From Nitrospiraceae bacterium (GTDB taxonomy: Bacteria > Nitrospirota > Nitrospiria > Nitrospirales > Nitrospiraceae), in contig JBFWWG010000005.1 of assembly GCA_050246315.1 (NCBI GenBank), forward strand, positions 128,001 to 192,000: a DNA stretch of 64,000 bases, written 5' to 3'. Of this stretch, positions 19,315 through 30,196 are shown piece by piece. Numbering within the stretch: position 1 is the stretch's first letter; each line of letters begins with the position of its first letter. The notes below the pieces were generated by a model. That model was not told where the DNA came from. It saw only the letters and a program-made list of their open reading frames with translations, and did not search any database. The translations under genes were made by a program, and so were the position numbers.

Positions 19315-19835
19315 TCGTTGTCTCCCATGCTCTCTCATTCAGACAGAGGCACAACCCGACTCGCACTCTGTTACACAGGGGCGCCAGATCTGTGGCGATG
19401 GACCCAATCAATCAAGGGGGGCCACGTAACGGGCAGCGGTCACCTGGATGTGGTGAACGGCGGTCTTCGACACAATTGGGGCATTTATACAGGACGGCAG
19501 GCTGAAGTCAATCCCCTTTCCTCTGTTTCGACGAAAAAAGTCCTCATAGCCCCTTGTGTTATGGGTCTGTGGGATGAAGGAGCAAGTCCGAACCGGGCTC
19601 CTGTTTGTCATCATACCATGACTCGAATGGGATGTGAGTGGGTCTATGCCCGGCTTCTCTCACGAGCATAGGATGGGGGAACAAGTTGATCCAGCAATAT
19701 ATGAGAACCGCGCACGGGAGCGGCGTCTGCTCATGGTGCGAAGCCGGTTCTGCCCGTTTGGACTCGACACGATGACATGCTGAATTGACTCGCCAACGGC
19801 GCACTCACTAGAATGCGCCTGGGAGCTCGCAGGCC

Positions 19836-20870
19836 ATGCCAGTGATGAATGATCGATTCTTGAAAGCCTGTCGCCGAGAGGCGGTGGATTGCACTCCGGT
19901 CTGGTTTATGCGCCAGGCAGGCCGGTACATGCCCGAGTATCAGAAAATTCGAACGCGGCATTCCATCCTGGAAGTCTGCAAGACTCCGGAGTTGGCCGCC
20001 GAGGTGACCCTCCAACCGATCGAGCGGTTTCCGCTCGATGCCGCCATTATCTTCGCCGATATTTTGTTACCGCTGGAGGCAATGGGGTTGTCGCTCGAAT
20101 TCGCCGAGGGAGAAGGGCCGGTCATTCATAATCCGGTTCGTGACCGAACCGGTGTGGATCGGCTTCGCGTGACCGATGGCGCGGGCCTGGCCTATGTGGC
20201 GGATGCCGTACGGGAGGCGCGCCGAGCGCTCCATGACCGGGTTCCGTTGATCGGATTCGCCGGCGCGCCGTTCACCCTGGCCAGTTACGCGATCGAGGGA
20301 GGCGGGTCTCGCAACTACATTCTGACCAAACAGTTCATGTATCGCGAACCGGAGGCCTGGCATCGGCTCTTGGACAAGTTGGCGAGGGAGGTCACCGGGT
20401 ACCTTCGACAACAGATTCGTGAAGGCGCGCAGGCCATCCAATTGTTCGATAGTTGGGTCGGTTGCCTTTCCCCAAACGACTATGCCGAGTATGTGCTCCC
20501 TCACGTTCAAGTGATCTTCGAAGGATTGAAACGGGAGAACGTGCCGCTCATCCATTTTGGAACCGGAACCAGCACGTTGCTCCGATTGATGCGGGATGCG
20601 GGGGGGACGGTGATTGGATTGGACTGGCGCGTGCCGTTGGACGAAGGATGGGCGATGCTCGGGCCTGAGGTGGCCGTGCAGGGAAACCTCGACCCGGTAG
20701 CGCTCTTCGCGCCATTTGGCGAGATCGAGCGGCGGGTGGAAGACATTCTCCGGCGGGCAGGCGGTCGTCCAGGCCATATCTTCAATCTTGGTCATGGAAT
20801 CCTTCCCGGCACGCCGATGGAGCATGTTGCTGCGGCGATCGACATGGTGCATAAGCTTAGTCAGCGGTAA
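19836..20870 (+). CDS. hemE: uroporphyrinogen decarboxylase
   Basis: PVWFMRQAGRYMPEY, QLFDSW, QGNLDP, IFNLGHGI. Confidence 0.97.
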   Translation: MPVMNDRFLKACRREAVDCTPVWFMRQAGRYMPEYQKIRTRHSILEVCKTPELAAEVTLQPIERFPLDAAIIFADILLPLEAMGLSLEFAEGEGPVIHNPVRDRTGVDRLRVTDGAGLAYVADAVREARRALHDRVPLIGFAGAPFTLASYAIEGGGSRNYILTKQFMYREPEAWHRLLDKLAREVTGYLRQQIREGAQAIQLFDSWVGCLSPNDYAEYVLPHVQVIFEGLKRENVPLIHFGTGTSTLLRLMRDAGGTVIGLDWRVPLDEGWAMLGPEVAVQGNLDPVALFAPFGEIERRVEDILRRAGGRPGHIFNLGHGILPGTPMEHVAAAIDMVHKLSQR

Positions 20871-20966
20871 CGAGCGTCATGCGTCAACTGTCACTCGATG
20901 GAAAGGCTGGATTGTGGTTCGCTATCGAGGGACGAGTGACGACTGACGAATGACGAGGCGTTCACC

Positions 20967-21911
20967 ATGCCTGGACCACAACAACCGATCGCGGTTCTCC
21001 TCATGGCGATGGGAGGCCCGGATTGTCTGGAGAATGTGGAGCCCTACCTCAAAGAGGTGCGGGGAGGCCGTTCAACTGCCCCGGAGTTGGTCGAGGAGAT
21101 CAGGGAACGGTATCGGGTGACGGGTGGGCACTCGCCGGTCCTGGCAGTCACCAAACAGGTGGCGGGAGAGCTTGAGATCCGGCTGAATCGGTTGGGTGGA
21201 TCAGCTTACCGGGTATATGTCGGGCTCCGACATTGGCATCCCTTCATCAAGGACACCTTCGCGGAATTGCTATCCGAACGACCGGAGCAGGTCATCGCGA
21301 TCTGCATGGCGCCGCAGTATTCCAGCCTGAGCATCGACACCTACATACAAAGGGTCGAGGAGGCTCGGACATCACTGGGGGCCGAGTGTCCGGTCAGTTA
21401 TGTGAAGAGCTGGCATCGACATCCCGGCCTGATTGCCGCGATTGCCGAGAATGTGAAGTCCGGCCTCCAAAGCTTTCCAATCGAGCGTCGCAGCACGGTG
21501 CCGATCCTGTTCACGGCCCACAGCCTGCCGGAACGGATTCTGGAGATGAAGGATCCTTATCCGGACGAGGTTCGGGGCACCATGGAGGCGGTCTGTGCGC
21601 TGGTGCATCAACCGGTCGTCCGACTGGCCTACCAGAGCCAGGGTCGGACCGCTGAAAAATGGTTGGGACCGTCGGTTGAAACCATTCTTGAAGAATTGTA
21701 TGCCGAGGGCCATCGAGACCTGTTGGTCGCTCCGATCGGTTTCCTGTGCGACCATGTCGAAGTGTTGTTCGATCTCGACATCGAGCTGAAGCAAGCGGCC
21801 GCTGCCAAGCAGATGCGCCTGGAGCGGATGCCTATGCTGAACGCCTCTCCGGCCTTGGTCGACACGCTGCTCTCCGTCGTGCAGGCACACCAAGCGGTAG
21901 CGGCCGCGTAA
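20967..21911 (+). CDS. hemH: ferrochelatase (probably coproporphyrin type, CpfC)
   Basis: LLMAMGGP, FTAHSLP, YQSQG, WLGP, DHVEVLFDLD. Confidence 0.95.
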   Translation: MPGPQQPIAVLLMAMGGPDCLENVEPYLKEVRGGRSTAPELVEEIRERYRVTGGHSPVLAVTKQVAGELEIRLNRLGGSAYRVYVGLRHWHPFIKDTFAELLSERPEQVIAICMAPQYSSLSIDTYIQRVEEARTSLGAECPVSYVKSWHRHPGLIAAIAENVKSGLQSFPIERRSTVPILFTAHSLPERILEMKDPYPDEVRGTMEAVCALVHQPVVRLAYQSQGRTAEKWLGPSVETILEELYAEGHRDLLVAPIGFLCDHVEVLFDLDIELKQAAAAKQMRLERMPMLNASPALVDTLLSVVQAHQAVAAA

Positions 21912-21918
21912 TCCCCCC

Positions 21919-23370
21919 GTGGCACCGGGTCTTCACACAGTTGTGGTCGTGGGCGGAGGCATTGCAGGCCTTTCCGCAGCCTTCGAACTCACCAAAGAGG
22001 CGAAGCGCCGCAATCTGGCTCTCGCCTGTCGGGTGCTGGAATCCGCCCCAACCTGGGGCGGGAAGATCGTGACGCATCGGGCCGGAGGTCTGCTCATCGA
22101 GGCCGGGCCCGATTCGTTCCTTTCTCAGAAGCCCTGGGCTATGGACTTGTGCCGGGAGCTTGGGCTCGGTGACCAACTCATCAACACCAACGACGAGCAT
22201 CGCAAGACCTACGTGTATTCTCAGAGGCGGCTCCGCGAACTGCCCGAGGGGTTGGTCGTCATCGTGCCGAGTAAGTTGGGGCCGTTTCTGCAGAGCGGCC
22301 TCCTCTCGTGGAGCGGACTGGCCCGCATGGGATTGGAATGCGTCGTGCCACGCAGGCAGGCCGGCGCCGATGAATCGCTCAGCGGGTTTTTTCGACGTCG
22401 ATTCGGTCAGGAGGCGACGGATCGCTTGATCGAGCCGCTGATGGCCGGGATCTACGCCGGTGATGCGACGCAAATGAGCATCCAGGCGACCTTCCCGAGG
22501 TTTCCCGAGTTGGAACAGCAATGCGGCAGCCTGATCCGGGGTCTCTTGGCCAAGCGTTCGTCCGGACCGGCACCGGCCAATGGGCGGCCGAAGCCCTCGT
22601 TGTTCGTAACGCTCCGGCATGGGTTGAGCGGTTTAGTCGAGGCGCTTGTCGAACGGCTCACCTCCGCCGGCGTCGGATTGCAGACGGGCGTGGCGGTCGA
22701 GGCGCTGCGAGTGCGGTCTCGTGAGATGGGTCGATGGGTTTACGATCTGATGTTGTCAGATGGGACCAGGGTAGCCGCAGATGCCGTGATTCTGGCGGTT
22801 CCGGCCTTCGCGTCCGCCGATCTGGTCCGGGCTCTGAGCCCATCCTCAGGAGCCTTGTTGGATCTGATCCCCTATGCCTCGACGGCGACGATTTCATTGG
22901 CGTACGCTGAGCCGGAGCTACGGTCGGTGATTCAGGGATTCGGATTTGTCGTGCCTCGCGTTGAAGAACGGCCTTTGCTGGCCGCTACCTGGACCTCGCT
23001 CAAGTGGGTGGATCGGGCGCCAGCCGGACAGGCGTTGGTACGATGCTATCTCGGTGGGATCGGCAGGGAGGCGGGCTTGGCCGGGAGCGACGATGATCTC
23101 GTCAGGCGGTCGCGGGCGGAGTTGGCCGACCTGGCCGGAATCCGGGCTCAGCCGACCTATGTCGAAGTGAACCGCTGGCATCGCGGCATGCCTCAATACA
23201 CCGTGGGGCATCTGGACCGACTGAACCAAATCGAGGCCGGTTTGAGCCGCTATCCCGGTCTTGTTCTGACGGGGGCGGCCTATCGCGGCATCGGAATTCC
23301 CGATTGCATTCGCGAAGGACAGGCGAGCGCGGGGCGGATTGCGGACTATCTGGGCGGTAAGCGGAATTGA
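21919..23370 (+). CDS. hemY: HemY-type coproporphyrinogen/protoporphyrinogen oxidase
   Basis: GGGIAGLSAA, EAGPDSF, GIYAGD, MPQYTVGH, GIGIPDCI. Confidence 0.93.
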   Translation: MAPGLHTVVVVGGGIAGLSAAFELTKEAKRRNLALACRVLESAPTWGGKIVTHRAGGLLIEAGPDSFLSQKPWAMDLCRELGLGDQLINTNDEHRKTYVYSQRRLRELPEGLVVIVPSKLGPFLQSGLLSWSGLARMGLECVVPRRQAGADESLSGFFRRRFGQEATDRLIEPLMAGIYAGDATQMSIQATFPRFPELEQQCGSLIRGLLAKRSSGPAPANGRPKPSLFVTLRHGLSGLVEALVERLTSAGVGLQTGVAVEALRVRSREMGRWVYDLMLSDGTRVAADAVILAVPAFASADLVRALSPSSGALLDLIPYASTATISLAYAEPELRSVIQGFGFVVPRVEERPLLAATWTSLKWVDRAPAGQALVRCYLGGIGREAGLAGSDDDLVRRSRAELADLAGIRAQPTYVEVNRWHRGMPQYTVGHLDRLNQIEAGLSRYPGLVLTGAAYRGIGIPDCIREGQASAGRIADYLGGKRN

Positions 23371-23436
23371 CCAATGTCTCGTTTGCAGGCTGCACCCGTA
23401 GTCGGTGGTAGAGAGTTCAAGAGGATGGAGTGACTC

Positions 23437-23850
23437 ATGGCCGAACCGTTCAGCATACTGAATGTCAGCGGGCCCTTTCGAGAACCAAGGGAGCCCGCGT
23501 TTTCTTACGACTATTCGATTCAACGGCCGACATGGCCGACACCCCATGCCGTCCGGGTCAAGATCGGCATTCCCAATGAATTGGACCCGATCAAGCAACG
23601 TCTCTTGGGAGCGGTCCAGGGCACGGCGGGACAACAGGTCGTGCTGAATACCACGCTCACTCGCCGGATCGCCGACTTTAAGCTCCGGCTTGCCAACGAA
23701 GAGGGGCTCTTGGGGGGGCGCCAGGATGCGTTGGTGGCGCAATTCAGCGGGCCGTTGGCGTATCTCTACTCAAAGCTGGAGGCCTGGGCCACGGAACAAG
23801 AGGAAGCGTTGAGAGAGGAAATTCGAGATCGGACAAAGCTCAATTTTTAG
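23437..23850 (+). CDS. hypothetical protein
   Basis: 137-aa ORF with GGAG RBS. Confidence 0.75.
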   Translation: MAEPFSILNVSGPFREPREPAFSYDYSIQRPTWPTPHAVRVKIGIPNELDPIKQRLLGAVQGTAGQQVVLNTTLTRRIADFKLRLANEEGLLGGRQDALVAQFSGPLAYLYSKLEAWATEQEEALREEIRDRTKLNF

Positions 23851-23889
23851 CGATCGCGAGTCAAGATCGAGGCGGGATCCCGCGGTGGG

Positions 23890-24567
23890 TTAGAAAATCG
23901 GCTTGTAGTTTCTTGAGTGGATACCGGACTCATCGGCGAATCCCAAGGAGGCCCGGTCGGGGTGGTCGGTGTTGTTCAAGTTGATCTGGTACCGGCCTCG
24001 AACCCGCTCCATGGCTTCCTCAAACGGGACAGCCGACGGATAGAGGCCGCCGGGGGCATGGGCGCCGAGGGCCAGAGTTCCAACCACGTCCGGCCTCGCG
24101 TAGGTCGGATCGCTGAACAGGTAGATGTCAGCGATCGCATGGTCTCCAAGCGTATTGCCGGGCGTGGTCGCCGGAAGCAGGCTGGTGAGGCTGTTGTCCA
24201 TCCGCTTGGAGTGAAAATCGCGTAAGAGGCTGATGATCTGACTGCTGGTCGCCTCCGGCGGAATAATCAGACTGATGGCCTTGTATTCGGGAACCGTGGC
24301 ATGAACGCGGAAGATCACCGCGCTCGCCCCGTCGTCCAGATGACTACTGCCGATTTCCGGTTTGCCCAGTGAGGCATCCGGCCGGTCCCTCTTGTTCCCA
24401 GGCGCGAAGACGAAAAATATCAGTATCCATAACCCGAAGATGACGGAAAATACCACGACGAGCGGGTGGGCTCCCGCGCGCTTGCCTTCCTCATAGTGGT
24501 AGTGGCCCAGGGGAGGCGGGGAATCCTGTGCATCGGTTGGATCGCGCTGATTCTGCTGCTCCGTCAT
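23890..24567 (-). CDS. single-TM hypothetical protein
   Basis: 225 aa; overlaps the mazG stop; one TM segment. Confidence 0.75.
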   Translation of the reverse strand: MTEQQNQRDPTDAQDSPPPLGHYHYEEGKRAGAHPLVVVFSVIFGLWILIFFVFAPGNKRDRPDASLGKPEIGSSHLDDGASAVIFRVHATVPEYKAISLIIPPEATSSQIISLLRDFHSKRMDNSLTSLLPATTPGNTLGDHAIADIYLFSDPTYARPDVVGTLALGAHAPGGLYPSAVPFEEAMERVRGRYQINLNNTDHPDRASLGFADESGIHSRNYKPIF

Positions 24568-25493
24568 GACGTGGCGCCTGGAGAGCGAGGGGTTGGGGGA
24601 CGTGCGTGATCGAAAACGCCCTCCGCAGCCGGCGTGGAATGCTTCGCTTCAGCCCAAAGGCGATCCATTTCTTCGAGAGTCATGCCGTCCAGTGTCCGGC
24701 CGGCATGTCCGGCCTTTTCCTCGATGTAGTGAAATCGATCGATAAACCGCCCCGTAGCCAGACGAAGCGCATCCTCCGGATTCACGGCGAGCTTGCGCGC
24801 CAGATTGACCATCGAAAACAGCACATCGCCGAATTCCGCCGTGATCGGGTCTTGCGGCCCGCCCTGCCCCCCCTCAACGCCACGTCGGCCTGCGGAGGCC
24901 GCTGCCCGTAATTCCCGGCATTCTTCCTCGATCTTCGCGAGCACCTGCGCGATCCCTTCGCGCGAGTCAGGCCAGTCAAACCCCACGCGCGAGGCCCGTG
25001 CCTGCACTTGATAGGCGCGGAGGAGCGCCGGGAGGGTTTTTGGCACGCCATCGAGCACTGACTGCGTCCGGCCTGCCGCTTCCCGCTCCTGCTTTTTGAT
25101 CTGTTCCCACCGGCCGTAGACCTCTTCCGGGCTCAGGGTTTCCTGTTCGGCGGCGGACTTTTCGAACACATGTGGATGCCGACGGATCAGCTTGTCCGCA
25201 AGCAGGGCCATGACGTCCTCGACGGTGAATCGGCCCTCTTCAGTTGCGATCTGGGCATGGAAGAGAACCTGGAGCAGTAGGTCGCCCAATTCCTCCCGGA
25301 GTTTGATCATGTCCTGATGATCGATCGTCTCCAGCACTTCGTAGGTCTCCTCAAGCAGATAGGGCTTGAGCGACTCGTGCGTCTGCTTACGGTCCCACGG
25401 GCAGCCACCGGGCGCGCGCAGGGCGGCCATGATCCGCACCAGGCGGTCGAACCCCGGGTTGGAGGAGGCATGATAATGGGAGGGCTGGCTCAT
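24564..25493 (-). CDS. mazG: nucleoside triphosphate pyrophosphohydrolase
   Basis: GCPWDRKQTH, EELGDLLLQV, RRHPHVF, VGFDW, EFGDVLF. Confidence 0.96.
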   Translation of the reverse strand: MSQPSHYHASSNPGFDRLVRIMAALRAPGGCPWDRKQTHESLKPYLLEETYEVLETIDHQDMIKLREELGDLLLQVLFHAQIATEEGRFTVEDVMALLADKLIRRHPHVFEKSAAEQETLSPEEVYGRWEQIKKQEREAAGRTQSVLDGVPKTLPALLRAYQVQARASRVGFDWPDSREGIAQVLAKIEEECRELRAAASAGRRGVEGGQGGPQDPITAEFGDVLFSMVNLARKLAVNPEDALRLATGRFIDRFHYIEEKAGHAGRTLDGMTLEEMDRLWAEAKHSTPAAEGVFDHARPPTPRSPGATS

Positions 25494-25652
25494 AATCGAG
25501 TGACAGGAGCTTATACCGGCCGCGGGGGGCGCTGCAATCTGTGTCGGCGGCCGTGGTCGTCTTGCGACTCTCCGTGGCCTATGCTACCGTATTTTTGGCC
25601 GAAGCGAGCAGGGTGAGATTCGCACAAACAGAATCAAGCCGAGGGAGCGTGC

Positions 25653-26093
25653 ATGAGCGCCGAAGAAGAACGGGGTTTCGTCATTCGGGATCGTCGGGGA
25701 GAGAAACCGGCCGAATCATCCGGACCGGTTCCGGACAGACCAGCCGCTACACCCAAGGTCCAAGTTGAAGCCCCACCAAGCTCGGCAACCCCCGGATCGG
25801 GAGTTTCCGAAGGCCGCGCCGGTCAGGCCCCGGTGACGTTTTCGACCTTCGTCTTTTCGCTTGGCACGTCCGCACTCATGCTGATGGGGGAGCGGTTGGA
25901 CCCTGGCCAACAGGAACTGCCTGTCAACCTACCTCAAGCCAAAGAAATCATCGACATTCTCTCGCTGCTTGAAACCAAGACCCAGGGGAACCTGACGTCG
26001 GACGAACAGTCGGTCCTGACCGATATGCTCTATGCGCTGCGGATGAAATTCGTGGACCTGACTGCGGCCGGATCGGGCTCCTCTCTGCGTTGA
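25653..26093 (+). CDS. DUF1844-like protein
   Basis: FSTFVFSLGTSALMLMG, AKEIIDIL, KTQGNL, LRMKFV. Confidence 0.85.
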   Translation: MSAEEERGFVIRDRRGEKPAESSGPVPDRPAATPKVQVEAPPSSATPGSGVSEGRAGQAPVTFSTFVFSLGTSALMLMGERLDPGQQELPVNLPQAKEIIDILSLLETKTQGNLTSDEQSVLTDMLYALRMKFVDLTAAGSGSSLR

Positions 26094-26262
26094 GCGACGG
26101 CGCATTTCGGTCCTCGTGTCGGCCCCCTTTCCGCCCTTCGGGCGCCAAATCGTTTGATTCCCTTCACCGTTCCGGCTACTCTGAAGAGCGAAATCTTTTT
26201 CCGAGGGAATCCTGAAACGGGAGAGGCGCCTTGAGCGAGGGTATCGTCCGAGCGCCATTTCC

Positions 26263-28545
26263 ATGCCTGAATCAAATAGCCTGCCTACAGTCGGCACGTC
26301 GATCCGACCGATGACCGGAACGGGTCCCTCTACCGAAGGACGGCCGCGCCACCTGCGGCCCGTCTGGTTCGTGCTTCTTCTGCTGATTCCCTGCCTGGCG
26401 CTGACGCTGTACTACTACCAATACGGGGTCTTGACTGAGAGCAGCGAAGGGTCGCTGGTGCCCAGCACCAGCTACGCGTTCGTCCTGCTGCTGATCAATC
26501 TGGATCTGATCGGACTGGTGGTCCTGACCCTGTTGCTCTCGCGCAATCTGATCAAGGCGTATTTCGAACGTCGTCATCGGTTGGTGGGTTCGGGCTTTCG
26601 CGCGAAACTTGTCGCCGCATTCATCGGCTTCTCGTTGATCCCAACCGTGCTGTTGGCGTTCGTGGCCAGCCGCGTGGTGGACAAGGCCGTGGATGTCTGG
26701 TTCAGTGATCAGATCGATCACGTCATGCGCGACTCGTTCGAGGTCGCCAAGATGCATCACGCGGGCCACATGACGGTGGCGGTGAACAGCGCCCGCGCGA
26801 TCAGCCAGGAGATTTTCCGCGAAGACCTGATGGCGCCGACGCAACGCGACCTCCTGATCGCCGCCATGGCGCGTGAACGCGCCGACCATAATGTGGCCGG
26901 TGTGGAGATCTATTCGTCCAAGATGGAGACCTTGACCAAGGCCTTGGCGCCGGATGTGCCCGGCCAGGTTATTGATCTGCCTATCGGGCAATTGGTTCTG
27001 CAGGTCATCAACACCAAACAGGAAATGACCTCCGTGCAGGAAGCCTCGAACGGCCGATTGATCCGGGCTGGCGTCCCGATCCTATCGAGCGCCAACCGCT
27101 CGGAGGTCGATGGAGTTGTGGTCGTCGATTCGTATCTACCTGAATCCCTGCTGGCCAAAATGGAAGGCATCGGCCAACGGTATGCCGAGTACAAGCAGAT
27201 GCGGACGATGAAGAATCCCATCAAGGCCGGAGCCTATCTCTTTGTCGCGGTCGTCACGGTGATGATTTTGTTCGGTGCCACCTGGTTCGGCTTCTACGTG
27301 GCCCGCAGCATCACGGTGCCGATACAACGATTGGCGCAAGCCACCGAGGCCATCGCCCAGGGCGATCTGGATGTGCACATCGAGGCGAAGGCGACGGACG
27401 AAATCGGGACGCTCGTGGAATCCTTCAATCGCATGACCACGGACCTTCGGGCCGGCAAGGCTGAGATCGAATCGGCCAACGAATCCCTCCGACGATCGAA
27501 CGTTGAAATCGAACGGCGGCGCGCCTATACCCAGACCGTGGTCGACACGATCGCGGCGGGTCTGCTCTCCATCGATCGGCAGGGGAGGATCACGACCTTC
27601 AATCCTTCGGCGGAACGGATTCTCGGTATCTGGGGGGACCGCGTGGGGAACCGCCCGGCCAATGAGATGTTCAAGGAGTTCAAGCTCGACCTTTTCCAAA
27701 CCGCCTACGACCGGATGCTGGTCGACCAGCGGGACACCTTATCGCTCGAAGGGCAGGTGGAAGCGCAAGGCAAGGTGCTGACCATCGGCCTCAGTTGCTC
27801 GCGCATGAAAGACGAGGCCGGCCGCGATCTCGGGTTTGTGCTGATCTTCGAAGATCTGACGGATCTGATCAAGGCGCAGAAGGCGACGGCCTGGCAGGAA
27901 GTCGCACAGCGCATCGCGCACGAAATCAAGAACCCGTTGACGCCGATCCAGTTGTCGGCCCAACGCCTTCGAAAGAAGTATTTCGAGCAGGCGGCGGACT
28001 TCGACAAGATTTTCGACGAAGGTACCCAAGTCATCGTCAACGAGGTGGGCAGCCTCAAGAACATGGTCGATGAGTTTTCCAAATTCGCCCGCATGCCGGC
28101 TCCGCAAATGACCGAGGGCTCAATTCATGATGTGTTGCGCGAAGTCATCGCCCTGTACCAGGGTGCCCACAAGGATGTGGAGTTTCTCGCGGATTTCGAC
28201 GAGGTGCTGCCGACGCTCCGATTCGACCGAGAGCAGATCAAGCGTGTGCTGGTCAATCTGTTCAACAACGGGATTCAGGCCATGAATCAAAAAGGCCGCC
28301 TGTGGGTGACGACCCGCTATGACGGCAAACGGCGGCGAGCCGTTGTCAGCGTGGCCGACGAGGGGTCGGGCATCAGTCCCGAGGATCACGAGAAGCTGTT
28401 CATGCCGTACTTCTCACGGAAACGAACGGGAACAGGCCTGGGTCTTGCCATCAGCCGACGCATCATCACGGACCACGAGGGGCAGATATCCGCGGCGAAC
28501 CATCAGCCGAAGGGTACGGTTTTTACGTTTGAGCTGCCGGTGTAG
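26263..28545 (+). CDS. ntrY: NtrY-like sensor histidine kinase (HAMP, PAS)
   Basis: AWQEVAQRIAHEIKNPLTPIQLSAQRL, GTGLGLAI. Confidence 0.9.
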   Translation: MPESNSLPTVGTSIRPMTGTGPSTEGRPRHLRPVWFVLLLLIPCLALTLYYYQYGVLTESSEGSLVPSTSYAFVLLLINLDLIGLVVLTLLLSRNLIKAYFERRHRLVGSGFRAKLVAAFIGFSLIPTVLLAFVASRVVDKAVDVWFSDQIDHVMRDSFEVAKMHHAGHMTVAVNSARAISQEIFREDLMAPTQRDLLIAAMARERADHNVAGVEIYSSKMETLTKALAPDVPGQVIDLPIGQLVLQVINTKQEMTSVQEASNGRLIRAGVPILSSANRSEVDGVVVVDSYLPESLLAKMEGIGQRYAEYKQMRTMKNPIKAGAYLFVAVVTVMILFGATWFGFYVARSITVPIQRLAQATEAIAQGDLDVHIEAKATDEIGTLVESFNRMTTDLRAGKAEIESANESLRRSNVEIERRRAYTQTVVDTIAAGLLSIDRQGRITTFNPSAERILGIWGDRVGNRPANEMFKEFKLDLFQTAYDRMLVDQRDTLSLEGQVEAQGKVLTIGLSCSRMKDEAGRDLGFVLIFEDLTDLIKAQKATAWQEVAQRIAHEIKNPLTPIQLSAQRLRKKYFEQAADFDKIFDEGTQVIVNEVGSLKNMVDEFSKFARMPAPQMTEGSIHDVLREVIALYQGAHKDVEFLADFDEVLPTLRFDREQIKRVLVNLFNNGIQAMNQKGRLWVTTRYDGKRRRAVVSVADEGSGISPEDHEKLFMPYFSRKRTGTGLGLAISRRIITDHEGQISAANHQPKGTVFTFELPV

Positions 28546-28638
28546 CAGGGCAGGCAAAGGTCATTCGTCAATCGCTTGGAAATCCATCTTGGTCCCTCCA
28601 CGTTTGACGGTTGAGGCTTGTCGATTGACGGGGGTTCA

Positions 28639-30030
28639 ATGGCGGAATCAATACTGATTGTGGACGACGAGACGGCGATCCTCAATTCTCTCGGTCAGAT
28701 CTTGGAAGATGAGGGGTATGAGGTTCAGGTTGCCAAGAGCGGAATTGATGCGTTGAAGCTCATCGCAGGCGACCAGCCGGATCTGACGATTCTGGATATT
28801 TGGATGCCTGAGATGGACGGCCTCGAAACTCTGCGGCGGATCCGTGAACAGTTTCCGAAGGCGCAGGTGATGATGATGTCGGGTCACGGCTCGATCGAGA
28901 CGGCCGTCAAGGCTATTAAGCTCGGCGCCTACGACTATATTGAGAAGCCGCTGTCGCTTGAAAACGTGACCCTTCGGGTCCGGCACGCGCTCGATCAGCA
29001 CCGGCTTGAAGCGGAGAACCAGTCGCTCCGAACGAAAGTGGAGCGCAAGTTCGACCTGATCGGGCAGGCACCGGCCATGCAGCGGCTGCGCGAATTGATT
29101 GCGACGGCGGGACCCACCAACAGCCGCGTGCTGATCGCCGGTGAGAACGGAACCGGGAAGGAACTGGTCGCGCGCGCCATCCATCAGCACAGTCCCAGAG
29201 CCGACCGGACGTTCGTTGCTGTGAATTGCGCCGCGATTCCTGAAACGCTGATCGAGAGCGAATTGTTCGGGCACGAAAAGGGCGCATTCAGCGGCGCGAC
29301 TTCTCAGAAGCGTGGCCAGTTCGAACAGGCGGACGGTGGCACCCTCTTTTTGGATGAGATCGGAGACATGAGCCTGGCCACTCAGGCCAAAGTCTTGCGA
29401 GCCCTGCAAGAACAGCAATTCAACCGTGTAGGCGGGACGAAGACGATCAAGGTGGATGTGCGCGTGCTGGCTGCGTCAAACAAAGATTTGGCCAAGGAGA
29501 TCGAGGCGGGGCATTTCCGCGAGGACCTGTACTACCGGCTCAACGTCCTACCCGTGACGGTGCCGCCCCTTCGAGGCCGGCGCGACGATATTCCGCTGTT
29601 GGTCCAGCACTTCATGCAGATCCATTCCGAAGAGCAGGGCCTGAAGGTCAAGCAGCTCACCCCCTCGGCCATGGCGCAATTGCAACAGTACGACTGGCCG
29701 GGCAATATCCGAGAGCTGCGCAACCTCACGGAGCGGCTCATGATCATGGTCCCCGGTCCTCAGATCGACGAGACCCATGTGGCGGCGGCCCTCCAGGTGA
29801 GACCGGCCGTGCCGAATGCGGCGCAGACTCCCGCCCCGCCGGCGCTGGTACTGAAGGAGTATGATTCCTTGCGTGAGGCGAGGAATGCTTTCGAGAAGGA
29901 CTACATCACGCGGAAGCTCAAGGAAAATCGGTGGAATGTTTCGCGCACTGCCGACGAATTGCGGATTGAACGGAGCCATCTGCATCGGAAAATCAAGCTG
30001 CTGAGCATTGATCTCAGGCCGGAGAGTTGA
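28639..30030 (+). CDS. ntrX: NtrX-like sigma54-interacting response regulator
   Basis: receiver domain, GENGTGKE, GAFSGA, HTH RSHLHRKIK. Confidence 0.9.
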   Translation: MAESILIVDDETAILNSLGQILEDEGYEVQVAKSGIDALKLIAGDQPDLTILDIWMPEMDGLETLRRIREQFPKAQVMMMSGHGSIETAVKAIKLGAYDYIEKPLSLENVTLRVRHALDQHRLEAENQSLRTKVERKFDLIGQAPAMQRLRELIATAGPTNSRVLIAGENGTGKELVARAIHQHSPRADRTFVAVNCAAIPETLIESELFGHEKGAFSGATSQKRGQFEQADGGTLFLDEIGDMSLATQAKVLRALQEQQFNRVGGTKTIKVDVRVLAASNKDLAKEIEAGHFREDLYYRLNVLPVTVPPLRGRRDDIPLLVQHFMQIHSEEQGLKVKQLTPSAMAQLQQYDWPGNIRELRNLTERLMIMVPGPQIDETHVAAALQVRPAVPNAAQTPAPPALVLKEYDSLREARNAFEKDYITRKLKENRWNVSRTADELRIERSHLHRKIKLLSIDLRPES

Positions 30031-30032
30031 GC

Positions 30033-30150
30033 GGCTGCTGAAAAAGGTCCCCAACGTCGTTCTCGGTCGTACGTCCCCCTCAACGTATTAGCCCATACGC
30101 CTCGGGGTCCCCACTCCCTGCGGCCTTGTTGGAAACCTTTTTGAGCAGCC
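30033..30150. mobile_element. 118-bp MITE-like palindromic element
   Basis: terminal inverted repeats GGCTGCTGAAAAAGG / CCTTTTTGAGCAGCC (14/15), immediately after the ntrX stop. Confidence 0.75.
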
Positions 30151-30196
30151 TATAGGGGTCTCTAGTTAAAGCCCAGTTAACGTTTGAGGTTCCAAG

